A stretch of 26,533 bases of DNA from a virus. Taxonomy: Duplodnaviria; Caudoviricetes. This document shows, piece by piece, positions 1 to 9,699 of this stretch. The translations under genes and the position numbers were made by a program. How positions within the stretch are numbered: the first letter of the stretch is position 1; the number at the start of each line of letters is the position of its first letter. Location: positions 1-26,533 of the IMG/VR virus record IMGVR_UViG_3300027571_000063; one strand, given 5' to 3'. The notes below the pieces were generated by a model. It was not told the origin of the DNA. It saw only the letters and a list, made by a program, of their open reading frames with translations, and did not search any database.

Positions 1-79
1 AACAACAATGCTGTTGGTTATGCAACAACTGAAGGTTTGGTGCGTGGACTCAATACAAGTGGTTATACTGAAGGTGCAG
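1..79. repeat. Terminal direct repeat/circular overlap, left copy
   Basis: Positions 1-79 match 26455-26533 at 78/79 positions (G61 vs A26515); the reading frame is continuous across the join. Confidence 0.95.
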
Positions 80-2367
80 TGTTATGGTTGGATGGTGCAG
101 GTGTGTTTACACAAACCAAACCACTAACACCACTACACTTGGTACAAGTTGGTTATGTTGTCCGCAGTCATCCTACTCAAGGCAGTATTTTTGTTTGCAT
201 TAAAAATGGCTGGGAACTAGATGAACTTCATGATGTGCTAATCACTGGCATAACTGATGGACAAGGCCTAGTTTGGGATGCCGGTAATGGTTATTGGAAA
301 AATGAAACTATCAGTGTTGACCTAACTGGGTATGCAACTGAAGCATATGTGGATGCTGCAATTCCTACAAATGTAAGTGCATTCACTAACGATGCTGGTT
401 ATGCAACTGAAGAATATGTTAACAGTCAGTTAAGTGGAATTAGTGTTCCAGCCACTACAGATGATCTATTAGAGGGTAGTTTAAACCTTTACTATAGTGA
501 TACATTAGTTAATAATTACCTAACTGCAAACAACTATGCAACCACTGACGATATCCCAACTGATGTAAGTGCATTTAACAATGATGCGGGTTATATTACG
601 GATCCAGGCAATACTTTCACTACTGATGGACAATTTACATTTGTAACTGATTATGGTATTCCAGCATGGGAACCATATAATGGTGAATTTAAAATTGCCA
701 ACTACACTGATCCAGATAACAATCTTTTAAACACCGTTCGTTTACTAACCAGCAACGGCAATGGTTTTGCACAGTACGATGTAGTCGATACTGGTGGTGG
801 TGATGATGGAAGTCACCGGGTTGAATTAAGACTAACTGGCAATGAAAGTGCTATTTTAACTGATAATGCATTGAATATTGGTTCAGATCAATTAACACTC
901 AACAGTGCTAATAATCTAAACATATCAGGTGGTAGTATTGAATTAAATTCTGTCAACCCATTACACTTAAACAGTAATACTGCATTAAATCTTAATGCTA
1001 CTGAGCATAATTTTGTTAATGATGGTACTGTTTATATTAACGCTCTAGACAGCACCAGTTCATATGTTGGAATACAATACAACAGCACACAAACTGTCTA
1101 TAATAGTATAACAGACAGCACTGAAGAACTAAACATTCCATTCAGAATTATCCGCAAGCATACTGATGCCATCGATTATGCTGATGATACACAGATCCTA
1201 ATTCAGTTTGGTGCAGGTGAAGGTGGTAACTTCTACCAATTGGGACAACTTGGTGGGCGTTTTGACCGCATTGATGGTCATGAAACAAAACTACAAACCA
1301 TGAATCCAGCAGACAACAGTTTGTTAAACAACTGGACTGTTCATGAGCATTACCTATATGGTGGTAAACCAATCCGTCAAACATACTATAACAACGCTGG
1401 CCGTGATGGTCTAGCATTGGTGCAAGATGGTATGCTTATCTGGAACACTGAAGGTAATGAACTGCAAGTATACCATGACAGCACTTGGAATAGTGTTGGC
1501 GGCGGTGGCGGAGCCAGTGCGCTAGATGATTTAACTGATGTAACCATCTCTGCGGTTAGTGATGGTGATATCCTACGCTATAATGGTATTGCAATGGAGT
1601 GGCAGAATACTAACCTAGGCCTAAGTTTAACACCACTAATAAGTATTGAAAGTTCATTTGTTGGTGCCACAAATATCTGCACTATTACTAACTATGGTGA
1701 TTATGAAGATCCAAATATTTGGGCACAGGTTAAAGATAGCGGTGGAACAGTAGTAATAACAAACAGCCAGATCACTGACAAATATGATGGCACATTTTCA
1801 TTCACTACGCCATCTATAGACACTGGTTATGTTCTAGAAGTTAAAGTGCAGGATTTCGGTGATTTAGCGAGTGATACTGCCACCGCAACTTTTGATTCTC
1901 TAGCGATTCCGGCAGCAAGATATTATCGCATTAAATTTATAAATGCCACAAGTTATAACATGATCGACCGTGTGCAATTATTTACAGGACCTGCGCAGTC
2001 TGGAACATTGTATCCAACCACAGGGATGACATCAAATACTGCACCAGCACCATATGTAGCAAGTGCTGAATATGTGGCTTCTGTGTCATATGACGCATAT
2101 GAAGCATTTGATAATATCGTAGGTGGTACCGGTAGAAGTTGGTGGAATCTTGGTTCATCTAATTATGCAGGTAGTTGGGTTCAAATAGATCTAGGATCAA
2201 GCATACAAATTGCAAGTTTTATATTAAATCCAATAACCAATCCAAGTTATATTAACTGTGATGGATGGTTAATATACACTAGTAATACAGGAGCATTTGC
2301 TGGCGAAGAAGTATTAAGAGCCACTATTGACAGAATACCAGGCATATATGAGTATACAGTAGGATAA
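1..2367 (+). CDS. Tail fibre/receptor-binding protein, 3' part (starts at 25846 across the circular junction; ~991 aa in total), with a C-terminal discoidin/F5-8 type C-like domain
   Basis: Frame 1 is open from base 1. Fibre-type repeats (LDDLTDVTI...DGDILRYNG..EWQN; IPTNVSAFTNDAGY x2; TTDDLLEGSLNLYY). C-terminal AYEAFDN...SWVQIDLG...IASF pattern resembles discoidin domains. Confidence 0.75.
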   Translation, partial: NNNAVGYATTEGLVRGLNTSGYTEGAVLWLDGAGVFTQTKPLTPLHLVQVGYVVRSHPTQGSIFVCIKNGWELDELHDVLITGITDGQGLVWDAGNGYWKNETISVDLTGYATEAYVDAAIPTNVSAFTNDAGYATEEYVNSQLSGISVPATTDDLLEGSLNLYYSDTLVNNYLTANNYATTDDIPTDVSAFNNDAGYITDPGNTFTTDGQFTFVTDYGIPAWEPYNGEFKIANYTDPDNNLLNTVRLLTSNGNGFAQYDVVDTGGGDDGSHRVELRLTGNESAILTDNALNIGSDQLTLNSANNLNISGGSIELNSVNPLHLNSNTALNLNATEHNFVNDGTVYINALDSTSSYVGIQYNSTQTVYNSITDSTEELNIPFRIIRKHTDAIDYADDTQILIQFGAGEGGNFYQLGQLGGRFDRIDGHETKLQTMNPADNSLLNNWTVHEHYLYGGKPIRQTYYNNAGRDGLALVQDGMLIWNTEGNELQVYHDSTWNSVGGGGGASALDDLTDVTISAVSDGDILRYNGIAMEWQNTNLGLSLTPLISIESSFVGATNICTITNYGDYEDPNIWAQVKDSGGTVVITNSQITDKYDGTFSFTTPSIDTGYVLEVKVQDFGDLASDTATATFDSLAIPAARYYRIKFINATSYNMIDRVQLFTGPAQSGTLYPTTGMTSNTAPAPYVASAEYVASVSYDAYEAFDNIVGGTGRSWWNLGSSNYAGSWVQIDLGSSIQIASFILNPITNPSYINCDGWLIYTSNTGAFAGEEVLRATIDRIPGIYEYTVG

Positions 2368-2372
2368 AGATC

Positions 2373-2591
2373 ATGACATTACAAGAACATTGTGAAAATG
2401 CGATATTAGAATACGCACCATACTATAGACAAAACAATGCTGCATTATTCGGTGAATATACCGATTATATTGCCGCAGTGATTGAATTGCACCGTGGCCA
2501 TTATAGATCTATAGTGGCTGCTGGTGGTACTGAATGGACTGAACTTCCAGCAGATCTGATTCAGTGGATGAACGAGAACAAGCCATACTAA
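2373..2591 (+). CDS. Small hypothetical protein, possibly a fibre assembly chaperone
   Basis: 72 aa, AGGA RBS, directly after the fibre gene; function inferred from position only. Confidence 0.6.
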   Translation: MTLQEHCENAILEYAPYYRQNNAALFGEYTDYIAAVIELHRGHYRSIVAAGGTEWTELPADLIQWMNENKPY

Positions 2592-2602
2592 TGGCTTGTT
2601 CT
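2575..2602 (+). terminator. Perfect 12-bp hairpin without U-tract (attenuator or mRNA-stabilising stem)
   Basis: AGAACAAGCCAT-acta-ATGGCTTGTTCT spans the stop codon of 2373..2591. Confidence 0.5.
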
Positions 2603-2624
2603 ATAATAAAAGGAGAATAACCCC

Positions 2625-4034
2625 ATGTTAATTAATATCAATGGCGTAGCCACAAACACAACTACAGGTGCAAGAGATGTGCAAACTGTAACACGCATAC
2701 AGGATCTGAGTGATGTCAGTATCCCAACTACACCTAGTGAAGGACAACTGCTGATCTGGAATGGCAGTGTCTTTAACTGGCAAAACAGTGATACAGTTAA
2801 TGCTGACTTCACTGTCACTGGCAACTTAATACCATATACCCTGAGAGCAAATGCAGATACAAATAATGCTTTTACATTCCGTACCACTTGGGAAAATTAT
2901 GGCGTTACTGATTATGATTTGAGTACAACTCTAATAACATTCAAAGATTTAAGTTCAAATCGTTTGGGTGTAAACCAATGGCGCACTGAAAATGAAAAAC
3001 AATGGTATCTATACGAAGCAATTGACACTGGTGGTGGTGATGATGGAAGTCATATTAGTAAACTAACACTTCAGGGCAATGGTGGTGCAGAGATAACTTC
3101 AAGCAGTGGTTTGTTAACTGTTAATCCTGCGGTATTGTTGGCAAATGCTAGCACAGGTAATGCCCTAAAGTTCAGCCACATGTGGGAAAACTACGGCACT
3201 ACTGATTATGATGTGACCACACGCTTTGTGCAATATGCAGACCCAGGCAACAGCCATATTGTAGTGCAAAGATGGCAAACACCACAATCTAATACTTTCA
3301 TAACAGTCAATGTTGGTGATACTGGTGGCGGCGATAATGGTACTCACCTCACAGAATTTAACATGCAAGGTGATGAAAGTGCTATTAAAATTACTGATAT
3401 TGGCAATAACTATGCACCACTAAGAATTGATGCCAGTGAATTGCATATTAAGAGTTGGGGCGGTATTAGTGAAATACAAAGTGAAGGAAACCTTAGCTTT
3501 AGCACACTCAGTGGTGGTTCACTGCGCTTTAACCATGAATCAAGTGGTAGTTATATCCAATTAACTGACAATATTGAAATTAACAACAGTAATGGACACA
3601 GCATAGTACTGTCAAACCAGCCTAAAATGTTAACACGGTCGGGTCACTTAAACAGTGGAAGTGAAATATCACTATACCGCTGGAACAACAGTGGCAGTAG
3701 TGCATTGGAATCAGGTAGTCAACTTGCACTTAACTTTAACATGTTAAGTGAAGATCAGACCACTGAAGCTTATGTTGGACAATTCCAAGTTATCTATGAT
3801 TCACCCTCTGGCGGCAACATATTCAATATTGCTGTTAATGATACACTAAACAACCAAGCGAACGCAGTAGAAGTCCGTGAAACACACACTAAATCACAGC
3901 AGCCCATTGCATTTCCACAATTTAACCAAACTGATATTAATGCTATGAGTCCAGCTAATGGTTGGGTTGTATACAATACTACTACAGATAAACTACAAGT
4001 CTATGCAGGCGGAACCTGGGTAGATCTACATTAA
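2625..4034 (+). CDS. Second fibre-like virion protein, paralogous to the central part of the first fibre
   Basis: Strong AAGGAG RBS. Shares DTGGGDDGSH modules, an IQDLSDV...GQLLIWNG..WQN repeat and a C-terminal GWVVYNTTTDKLQVYAGGTW motif with ORF 1..2367. Confidence 0.7.
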   Translation: MLININGVATNTTTGARDVQTVTRIQDLSDVSIPTTPSEGQLLIWNGSVFNWQNSDTVNADFTVTGNLIPYTLRANADTNNAFTFRTTWENYGVTDYDLSTTLITFKDLSSNRLGVNQWRTENEKQWYLYEAIDTGGGDDGSHISKLTLQGNGGAEITSSSGLLTVNPAVLLANASTGNALKFSHMWENYGTTDYDVTTRFVQYADPGNSHIVVQRWQTPQSNTFITVNVGDTGGGDNGTHLTEFNMQGDESAIKITDIGNNYAPLRIDASELHIKSWGGISEIQSEGNLSFSTLSGGSLRFNHESSGSYIQLTDNIEINNSNGHSIVLSNQPKMLTRSGHLNSGSEISLYRWNNSGSSALESGSQLALNFNMLSEDQTTEAYVGQFQVIYDSPSGGNIFNIAVNDTLNNQANAVEVRETHTKSQQPIAFPQFNQTDINAMSPANGWVVYNTTTDKLQVYAGGTWVDLH

Positions 4035-4051
4035 AAACGGAGGCTATACTC

Positions 4052-4408
4052 ATGAGCAATAATGAGGATGATAACTCAATACCAGAGGAAAAAGGTAAAT
4101 CAGGAAGACCAGAACGGGTATTCACTGAAGAAGAAAAAGAACAGATCCGGCGACTGAGTGAAATATTTGCCAGCCAAGCGGATATTGCATTTGTGATGGG
4201 CGTTAATAGAAGCACACTTCAAAAACACCCAGAACTTATGGAAGAAGGCAAAGCACGGGGTAGAGTAAAACTACGCCGTGCGCAATACGAGAAAGCACTG
4301 GAAGGTAATCCTACTATGCTTATTTGGTTGGGGAAGCAGATGCTTGGTCAATCTGATAATCCTAATGATGGTGACGAAAATCTAGTGTTGCCATGGGAAA
4401 GTAAATAA
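4052..4408 (+). CDS. terS: Terminase small subunit
   Basis: GRP motif, HTH-like QADIAFVMGVNRSTL, and GNPTMLIWLGKQMLGQSD motif typical of this TerS class; lies upstream of TerL; GGAGG RBS. Confidence 0.8.
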   Translation: MSNNEDDNSIPEEKGKSGRPERVFTEEEKEQIRRLSEIFASQADIAFVMGVNRSTLQKHPELMEEGKARGRVKLRRAQYEKALEGNPTMLIWLGKQMLGQSDNPNDGDENLVLPWESK

Positions 4409-4429
4409 ACGAACACGAGGAAATAAAAT

Positions 4430-4753
4430 ATGCCGGGACTGGATTTAACAAGTATAATTGTTACGGGATTAACACTACTGGGCGGCCAAGGCGCTTGGAA
4501 TTATTACCAGCGCAGGCTGGAATTCCGCATTGCAAATGAAAGAAAAGATAAAGATGATAAAAATCTATATCGTGATGATTTGCGTGAACGAGTTGCGATA
4601 CTAGAAGATAGACTGGAAAATGAACGCCGTCAAAACGACGATCTTCATTTACAAATTGCAGAATTAAAAAGCAAAATGATGGAATACATTGTTCGTTTAG
4701 AATACCTGGAAAAAGAAAACCTACGCCTACGCACCAAAGCAGGTGAACTTTAA
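4430..4753 (+). CDS. Single-TM plus coiled-coil membrane protein (holin-like/lysis-associated candidate)
   Basis: N-terminal hydrophobic segment LTSIIVTGLTLLGGQGAW followed by a long heptad-rich charged tail; GAGG RBS. Confidence 0.55.
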   Translation: MPGLDLTSIIVTGLTLLGGQGAWNYYQRRLEFRIANERKDKDDKNLYRDDLRERVAILEDRLENERRQNDDLHLQIAELKSKMMEYIVRLEYLEKENLRLRTKAGEL

Positions 4754-4763
4754 GGAACAAGTT

Positions 4764-4982
4764 ATGATTTATAGATATGAAATAGCGGGTAAGATTATCC
4801 GTGTTAAAGGCGAAAGCCAAAGTGCCGCTGATGCTTATATTAAATTAGTATATGGCTGGCCAGCTGAGGAATTGGAAGATGAACTACACGAAGAAGCGCA
4901 AGCCAAAGAAATAATCAGTGATGGTAGTGAGGCGGAATCTGATCCACATCAGAACGATGGCCCGACAGGGGCAGGTGAATAG
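4764..4982 (+). CDS. Hypothetical acidic protein (72 aa)
   Basis: ATG 4764 follows AAGGA and is preferred over GTG 4743; fills the gap before terL. Confidence 0.6.
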   Translation: MIYRYEIAGKIIRVKGESQSAADAYIKLVYGWPAEELEDELHEEAQAKEIISDGSEAESDPHQNDGPTGAGE

Positions 4983-4997
4983 AGAATATATCAGTAT

Positions 4998-6224
4998 ATG
5001 GCGTTAACAACCCCCCAACAGACTATATTTGATGATCCTGCACGATTTAGAGTTGTAGCGGCAGGTCGCCGTTTCGGTAAAACCTATCTGAGTATGTATG
5101 AGATTGCTCGTATTGCACGATTTCCAAACAAAAGGATATTCTATGTGGCGCCAACTTATCGCATGGGCAAGCAAATTATATGGGAAGACCTTAAACAACA
5201 ACTCAGTGATCGTAAATGGGTTAAGCGTATTAACGAGAGTGATCTTACTATTACTCTGGTCAATAATAGCCGCATTAGTGTGCGCAGTGCTGATAATTTT
5301 GACAGTATGCGTGGCGTTAGTCTTGATTTCATTGTGCTTGATGAATGCGCTTTTATGGATCGTGAGGTCTGGACTGAAGTTTTAAGACCTACACTGAGTG
5401 ATAGACAGGGTGGTGCCCTGTTTATTACTACGCCCAAAGGTTTTAACTGGGTATATGATATGTGGACTTATGCTAAAACTGCTGAGTACTGGAGTTCATT
5501 TCAGTATACAACTATACAAGGTGGCAATGTTACACCTGAAGAAGTTGAATCAGCACGGCATGACTTAGACCTCAAAACATTCCAGCAAGAATATGAAGCA
5601 AGTTTCGAAAATGCTGGGCATATAATTTACCATTCATTTGATATTGAACACAATGTTAAAAGCTATACTGATGACATACCAAAAATATTGCATCTGGGTT
5701 GCGACTTCAACATTAACCCTGTAAGTGGTGTCATTGGAGTTAAAAATAAAACTGGTATGCACATTATTGATGAGATTGTTATCAGTGACAGTAATACGGA
5801 TGAACTTGCGCAGGAGGTTGTCCGCCGTTATCCTGGATATACTATAGTAGCATATCCAGATCCTGCAGGTGCGCAGCGTAAAACCAGCGCAGTTGGTAGA
5901 ACAGACCATAGCATATTGCAGCAATATGGATTTGAAATAAAAGCACATCGCAGACACACCGCGGTGAACGATCGTATTAACGCAGTAAATAAGATGTATT
6001 GTGATGCTGCTGGCGAGCGACGATTATTCATTGATCCACGCTGCCGTAAGACTATTGAATGTGTCACTAAACATCAATATAAAGAAGGAACCCGTGTTCC
6101 TGATAAAGAGAGTGGCTATGACCACCAAAATGATGCAGTTGGATACCTAATAGATTACTTGTATCCAATCCGTAGACCTCATGATCAGACGGAAAATCAA
6201 CCAACGATATGGGGGGTTTATTAA
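4998..6224 (+). CDS. terL: Terminase large subunit
   Basis: Walker A AGRRFGKT, Walker B FIVLDE, coupling motif ITTPKG, nuclease acidic motifs LGCDFN, YPDPAG and DHQNDAVGY. Confidence 0.97.
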   Translation: MALTTPQQTIFDDPARFRVVAAGRRFGKTYLSMYEIARIARFPNKRIFYVAPTYRMGKQIIWEDLKQQLSDRKWVKRINESDLTITLVNNSRISVRSADNFDSMRGVSLDFIVLDECAFMDREVWTEVLRPTLSDRQGGALFITTPKGFNWVYDMWTYAKTAEYWSSFQYTTIQGGNVTPEEVESARHDLDLKTFQQEYEASFENAGHIIYHSFDIEHNVKSYTDDIPKILHLGCDFNINPVSGVIGVKNKTGMHIIDEIVISDSNTDELAQEVVRRYPGYTIVAYPDPAGAQRKTSAVGRTDHSILQQYGFEIKAHRRHTAVNDRINAVNKMYCDAAGERRLFIDPRCRKTIECVTKHQYKEGTRVPDKESGYDHQNDAVGYLIDYLYPIRRPHDQTENQPTIWGVY

Positions 6225-6302
6225 AATGCTAAATATATTGAACGCTTGTCACAGGACTGATCATCCGCATACCCCGTCAAGCATCCTCGAGGAAACAAAC
6301 AA

Positions 6303-7694
6303 ATGAATCTAGAAAAATTATTAAAGACGCATCCGTCTTATGATAGCAACACAGTACAAGCAGATTATCTTTACCGTTCATACCTAGGGGGTGACAAATA
6401 TCGTGCTGGTGAATACTTAACACACTACATTGGTGAGGAATCTGGTCCAGGCGATCAATATCGCAAGAGACTGGCCGCTACGCCACTTGATAACCATGTG
6501 CAAACTACTGTAGACATTTACCGTAGTTTCCTATTCCGTGAATATCCTGAAAGATACCTCGGTAAATTGGCAGACAACCCACTAGTAAAGGATTGGCTAT
6601 CAGATACTGACCAGAGTGGTCAGAGTATGGATAGTTTCCTGAAGTCAGGTAACGACTTAGCTATGGTACTGGGCAATGTCTGGATTCTTGTGGATAAGCC
6701 TTCATATAAAGTCCAAACACAAGCGGAAGCAGAAGCGTTAGGAATACGAGCGTATGCCTGTGTGTATACTCCACAAAATGTACTGGACTGGGAATATAAG
6801 CGCAATATAGCGGGAAAACTACAACTAACATACATCAAAGTGCGTGAGCATGAGAATGATGAGACTATGACACTAACATGCTGGTATCCAGACATGGTTG
6901 TCAAGTATGTGGTTAGTAAAGATTCAACTGGTAAGCCAGATGAAGTTGTAGGCATGGAACAGTATGATAATCCACTAGGTTATATTCCGTTCATTAACCA
7001 TGCACCAGTTAAAGCACCAGTCAATGGCCTAGGTCAGAGTTTAGTTGCTGATGTTGCTGATGGGCAAAAATACATCTACAACTTACTAAGTGAACTAGAG
7101 CAAAGTATCCGTATTAGTGGTCACCCAAGCCTAGTTAAAACACCAAGCACAACTGCAAGTGCAGGTGCAGGCAGTATTATTACTATGCAGGAAGATATGG
7201 ATCCAGGCTTAAAGCCATACCTATTGCAGCCAACCGCTGCTGGTATTGACAGTATCCTAAACACTATTGATAAAGTAGTTGAAGGCATCCAGCGCATGAC
7301 TCACACTGCGGCTGTGCAGGCAACCAAAGGTGCTCCAATGAGCGGTGTTGCACTGCAAACAGAGCGTCAATTGCTTAATGCTAAACTAAGTGATATTGCA
7401 GATACAGTCCAAGAAACAGAGATTGCTATGTGGCGTATCTGGTTGGATTGGCAAGCACTTAACATGCCTGAAGAATTTGAAATTGAATATAAAACAACTT
7501 TTGATTTGCGTGACCAACACGCAGAACTAGAACTATATCGCAAGGCTATTGAAACTGTACCATCGTCAGCGTTTAAGCGTGCCTTGTATACTGAGATTGC
7601 TAAAATGACAGTTGATGAAGAAATGCTCAGCGAAGTTTTAGCAGACATTGGCGCTGCCAATGTTGAGGTCCCGCTAGAAAGCGGCGAAGCATAA
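6303..7694 (+). CDS. Portal protein (SPP1 gp6-like)
   Basis: 463 aa directly after terL; NPLGYIPF and MSGVAL motifs characteristic of this portal class. Confidence 0.88.
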   Translation: MNLEKLLKTHPSYDSNTVQADYLYRSYLGGDKYRAGEYLTHYIGEESGPGDQYRKRLAATPLDNHVQTTVDIYRSFLFREYPERYLGKLADNPLVKDWLSDTDQSGQSMDSFLKSGNDLAMVLGNVWILVDKPSYKVQTQAEAEALGIRAYACVYTPQNVLDWEYKRNIAGKLQLTYIKVREHENDETMTLTCWYPDMVVKYVVSKDSTGKPDEVVGMEQYDNPLGYIPFINHAPVKAPVNGLGQSLVADVADGQKYIYNLLSELEQSIRISGHPSLVKTPSTTASAGAGSIITMQEDMDPGLKPYLLQPTAAGIDSILNTIDKVVEGIQRMTHTAAVQATKGAPMSGVALQTERQLLNAKLSDIADTVQETEIAMWRIWLDWQALNMPEEFEIEYKTTFDLRDQHAELELYRKAIETVPSSAFKRALYTEIAKMTVDEEMLSEVLADIGAANVEVPLESGEA

Positions 7695-7725
7695 ATAAAG
7701 CATATAACTCCCAAAGGAATCTGAC

Positions 7726-8397
7726 ATGACAGAAAACATGGTTAATACTGAAGCGACATCTACTGGGGAAGTTGCAGAGGGTCAAAATACTGAATCCCAG
7801 GCTACGACAAAGACATTTACTCAAGATGAAGTAAATGAAATTGTCACCAAGCGATTGTCACAAGTGAACAAAAAGTATGCAGAAGTTGATGTTGATGAAT
7901 ATCGCCAACTAAAGCAACTTCGTGAACGAGTGGAAGAACAAGAACTAATGGAACGCAAGGACTTCGAGACATTGCTCAAGAAGACCAAAGAAAAAGCAGA
8001 TACTGAAGTTAACACTCTTAGAAGTCAACTGGAAAGTATTAAAATTGATGGTGCACTAATCAACGCCGCTAGCAAGTTGAAAAGTGTTGCACCAGAACAA
8101 ACTGCTAAACTATTGCGTGAACAATTGGCTCTTGATGGTAATGGAAATGCAATTGTTAAAGATGCGAACGGACAAATCCGCTATAATGACAACGCAGAAC
8201 CAATGACAGTGGAACAACTCGTTGATGAATTCCTAAGTTCAAACACTTACTTCCGTAATGCTGGCCCAGCCGGCACTGATTCACAAGGCAATCGTAACAT
8301 AGTAGACCATCAGAAGATGGATCTACGGTCATTAGATATGACCAATCCTGAACATCGTGCTATCTATAAAAAGTGGCGGATGGAAGGGAAAGTTTAA
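7726..8397 (+). CDS. Capsid scaffolding protein
   Basis: KTFTQDEVNEIVTKRL motif, coiled coil, position between portal and MCP. Confidence 0.85.
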   Translation: MTENMVNTEATSTGEVAEGQNTESQATTKTFTQDEVNEIVTKRLSQVNKKYAEVDVDEYRQLKQLRERVEEQELMERKDFETLLKKTKEKADTEVNTLRSQLESIKIDGALINAASKLKSVAPEQTAKLLREQLALDGNGNAIVKDANGQIRYNDNAEPMTVEQLVDEFLSSNTYFRNAGPAGTDSQGNRNIVDHQKMDLRSLDMTNPEHRAIYKKWRMEGKV

Positions 8398-8422
8398 AAC
8401 ATAGCCAAAAGGATTTAATATT

Positions 8423-9232
8423 ATGGCATTTAACACAGCATACGACCTAGACGCACTTATGGTCCCAACTAAAGCCGCTGCCGTTTACACAGCGCAAGAA
8501 AACAGTCTATACATCACTGGTGGTCTTGTCCCAATGACAATGATTGCAAGTGGTTCATTCTCAGCACAGATCCCAGTATTCAACGGTGTAACTGCTGAAG
8601 AACTAACTTCAGGCGCACATGACGCTGAAGACTTCACAGCACTAGGTGTTAGTGCAAACAAAGTAACAATCGAAGCAAATATCATCGCTGCTCGCGATGT
8701 TATCCGTGATCTAGGTGGTGTAAACCCAGCAGATCTAGGCCGCGTTCTAGGTAACGCTGTTGCTGCAAAATTTGACGCCAATGTTTCAGCAGTTCTAGCA
8801 GCCGCTGGCATCACTGACACAATCACAACTGGTGGTTCAGTTGACACAGACGCACTATTCGACGCAGCAGCAGTTATCCGCGGCAACGGCGAAATGGGCG
8901 CTCTAGTAGCAGTTCTATCACCAGCAGCAGCCGCTGGCCTAATGAAGGCAATCGGTAGTGCAGCATACGCAGGTTCAGACCTACAGAACATGGCAATGGC
9001 TAACGCTTATGTTGGTTCAGTTGGTGGCATCCGCGTATTCCAATCAGCATACATGACAGCACAAGATGGTTGCGTATTCGGTGCAGACGCTGCTCGTATC
9101 GCAATGTTCGCTAATGTTAATGTTGAAGCACAACGCCGTGCAGCAGCAGTTGGCGCCGATGTTGTAGCATCACTACACGCTGGCGTTGGTCTACTAGACG
9201 GCAGCCGCGCTGTTCGCCTACTAACAGCCTAA
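8423..9232 (+). CDS. Major capsid protein (compact HK97-fold, 269 aa)
   Basis: Follows scaffold. LGRVLGNAVAAKFD, AVLSP and VGSVGGIRVFQS patterns; strong codon bias of a highly expressed gene; followed by a hairpin. Confidence 0.88.
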   Translation: MAFNTAYDLDALMVPTKAAAVYTAQENSLYITGGLVPMTMIASGSFSAQIPVFNGVTAEELTSGAHDAEDFTALGVSANKVTIEANIIAARDVIRDLGGVNPADLGRVLGNAVAAKFDANVSAVLAAAGITDTITTGGSVDTDALFDAAAVIRGNGEMGALVAVLSPAAAAGLMKAIGSAAYAGSDLQNMAMANAYVGSVGGIRVFQSAYMTAQDGCVFGADAARIAMFANVNVEAQRRAAAVGADVVASLHAGVGLLDGSRAVRLLTA

Positions 9233-9243
9233 TAGAACAACTA

Positions 9244-9269
9244 GTGGGAGGGTAAAGATATCCTCCCAC
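9244..9269 (+). terminator. GC-rich hairpin after the MCP (attenuator/3' stabiliser, no U-tract)
   Basis: GTGGGAGG...CCTCCCAC inverted repeat just after the MCP stop. Confidence 0.6.
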
Positions 9270-9285
9270 ATTCAGGAGAAATAGC

Positions 9286-9699
9286 ATGTCTTTTGCAACA
9301 AACAATGACCTACAACAATATGCTCCAGAGATTTTCGACCAAGGTGTTGATGATTGGAGTGATGAACTTGCACTTGCTGAGACTGATGTAGTTAATCAGG
9401 TTCAGGTTCGTTATTACAACAAACATCACGATGGCAGAAACTTTCAGCGTAGTCGCTTAACTGCTGGTCAGTGGACTAAGGCAACTGTATACCGTGCATT
9501 ATGCACATATATCATGCCCAAGTTGTCAACATTCCGTGTTGATGATGTGTTCCTGGAACAACTAAAATTCTACAAAGAACGCTTTGCTGAAGAAATGGAC
9601 CTACAATTTGCACTTGGTATTGAATATGATACCAATGGCGATGGTTCAACAACCAGTGGCGAGATTACAGAATATAGCCAGGATAGACTATACAGATGA
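9286..9699 (+). CDS. Head-tail adaptor (connector) protein
   Basis: MSFATNNDL start, helical 137 aa, first gene after MCP; AGGAG RBS. Confidence 0.7.
   Translation: MSFATNNDLQQYAPEIFDQGVDDWSDELALAETDVVNQVQVRYYNKHHDGRNFQRSRLTAGQWTKATVYRALCTYIMPKLSTFRVDDVFLEQLKFYKERFAEEMDLQFALGIEYDTNGDGSTTSGEITEYSQDRLYR

Noticed and set aside
1-4034. Diversity-generating retroelement acting on the fibres
   Set aside because: No reverse transcriptase and no long TR/VR pair differing only at adenines; the single G/A end mismatch is insufficient
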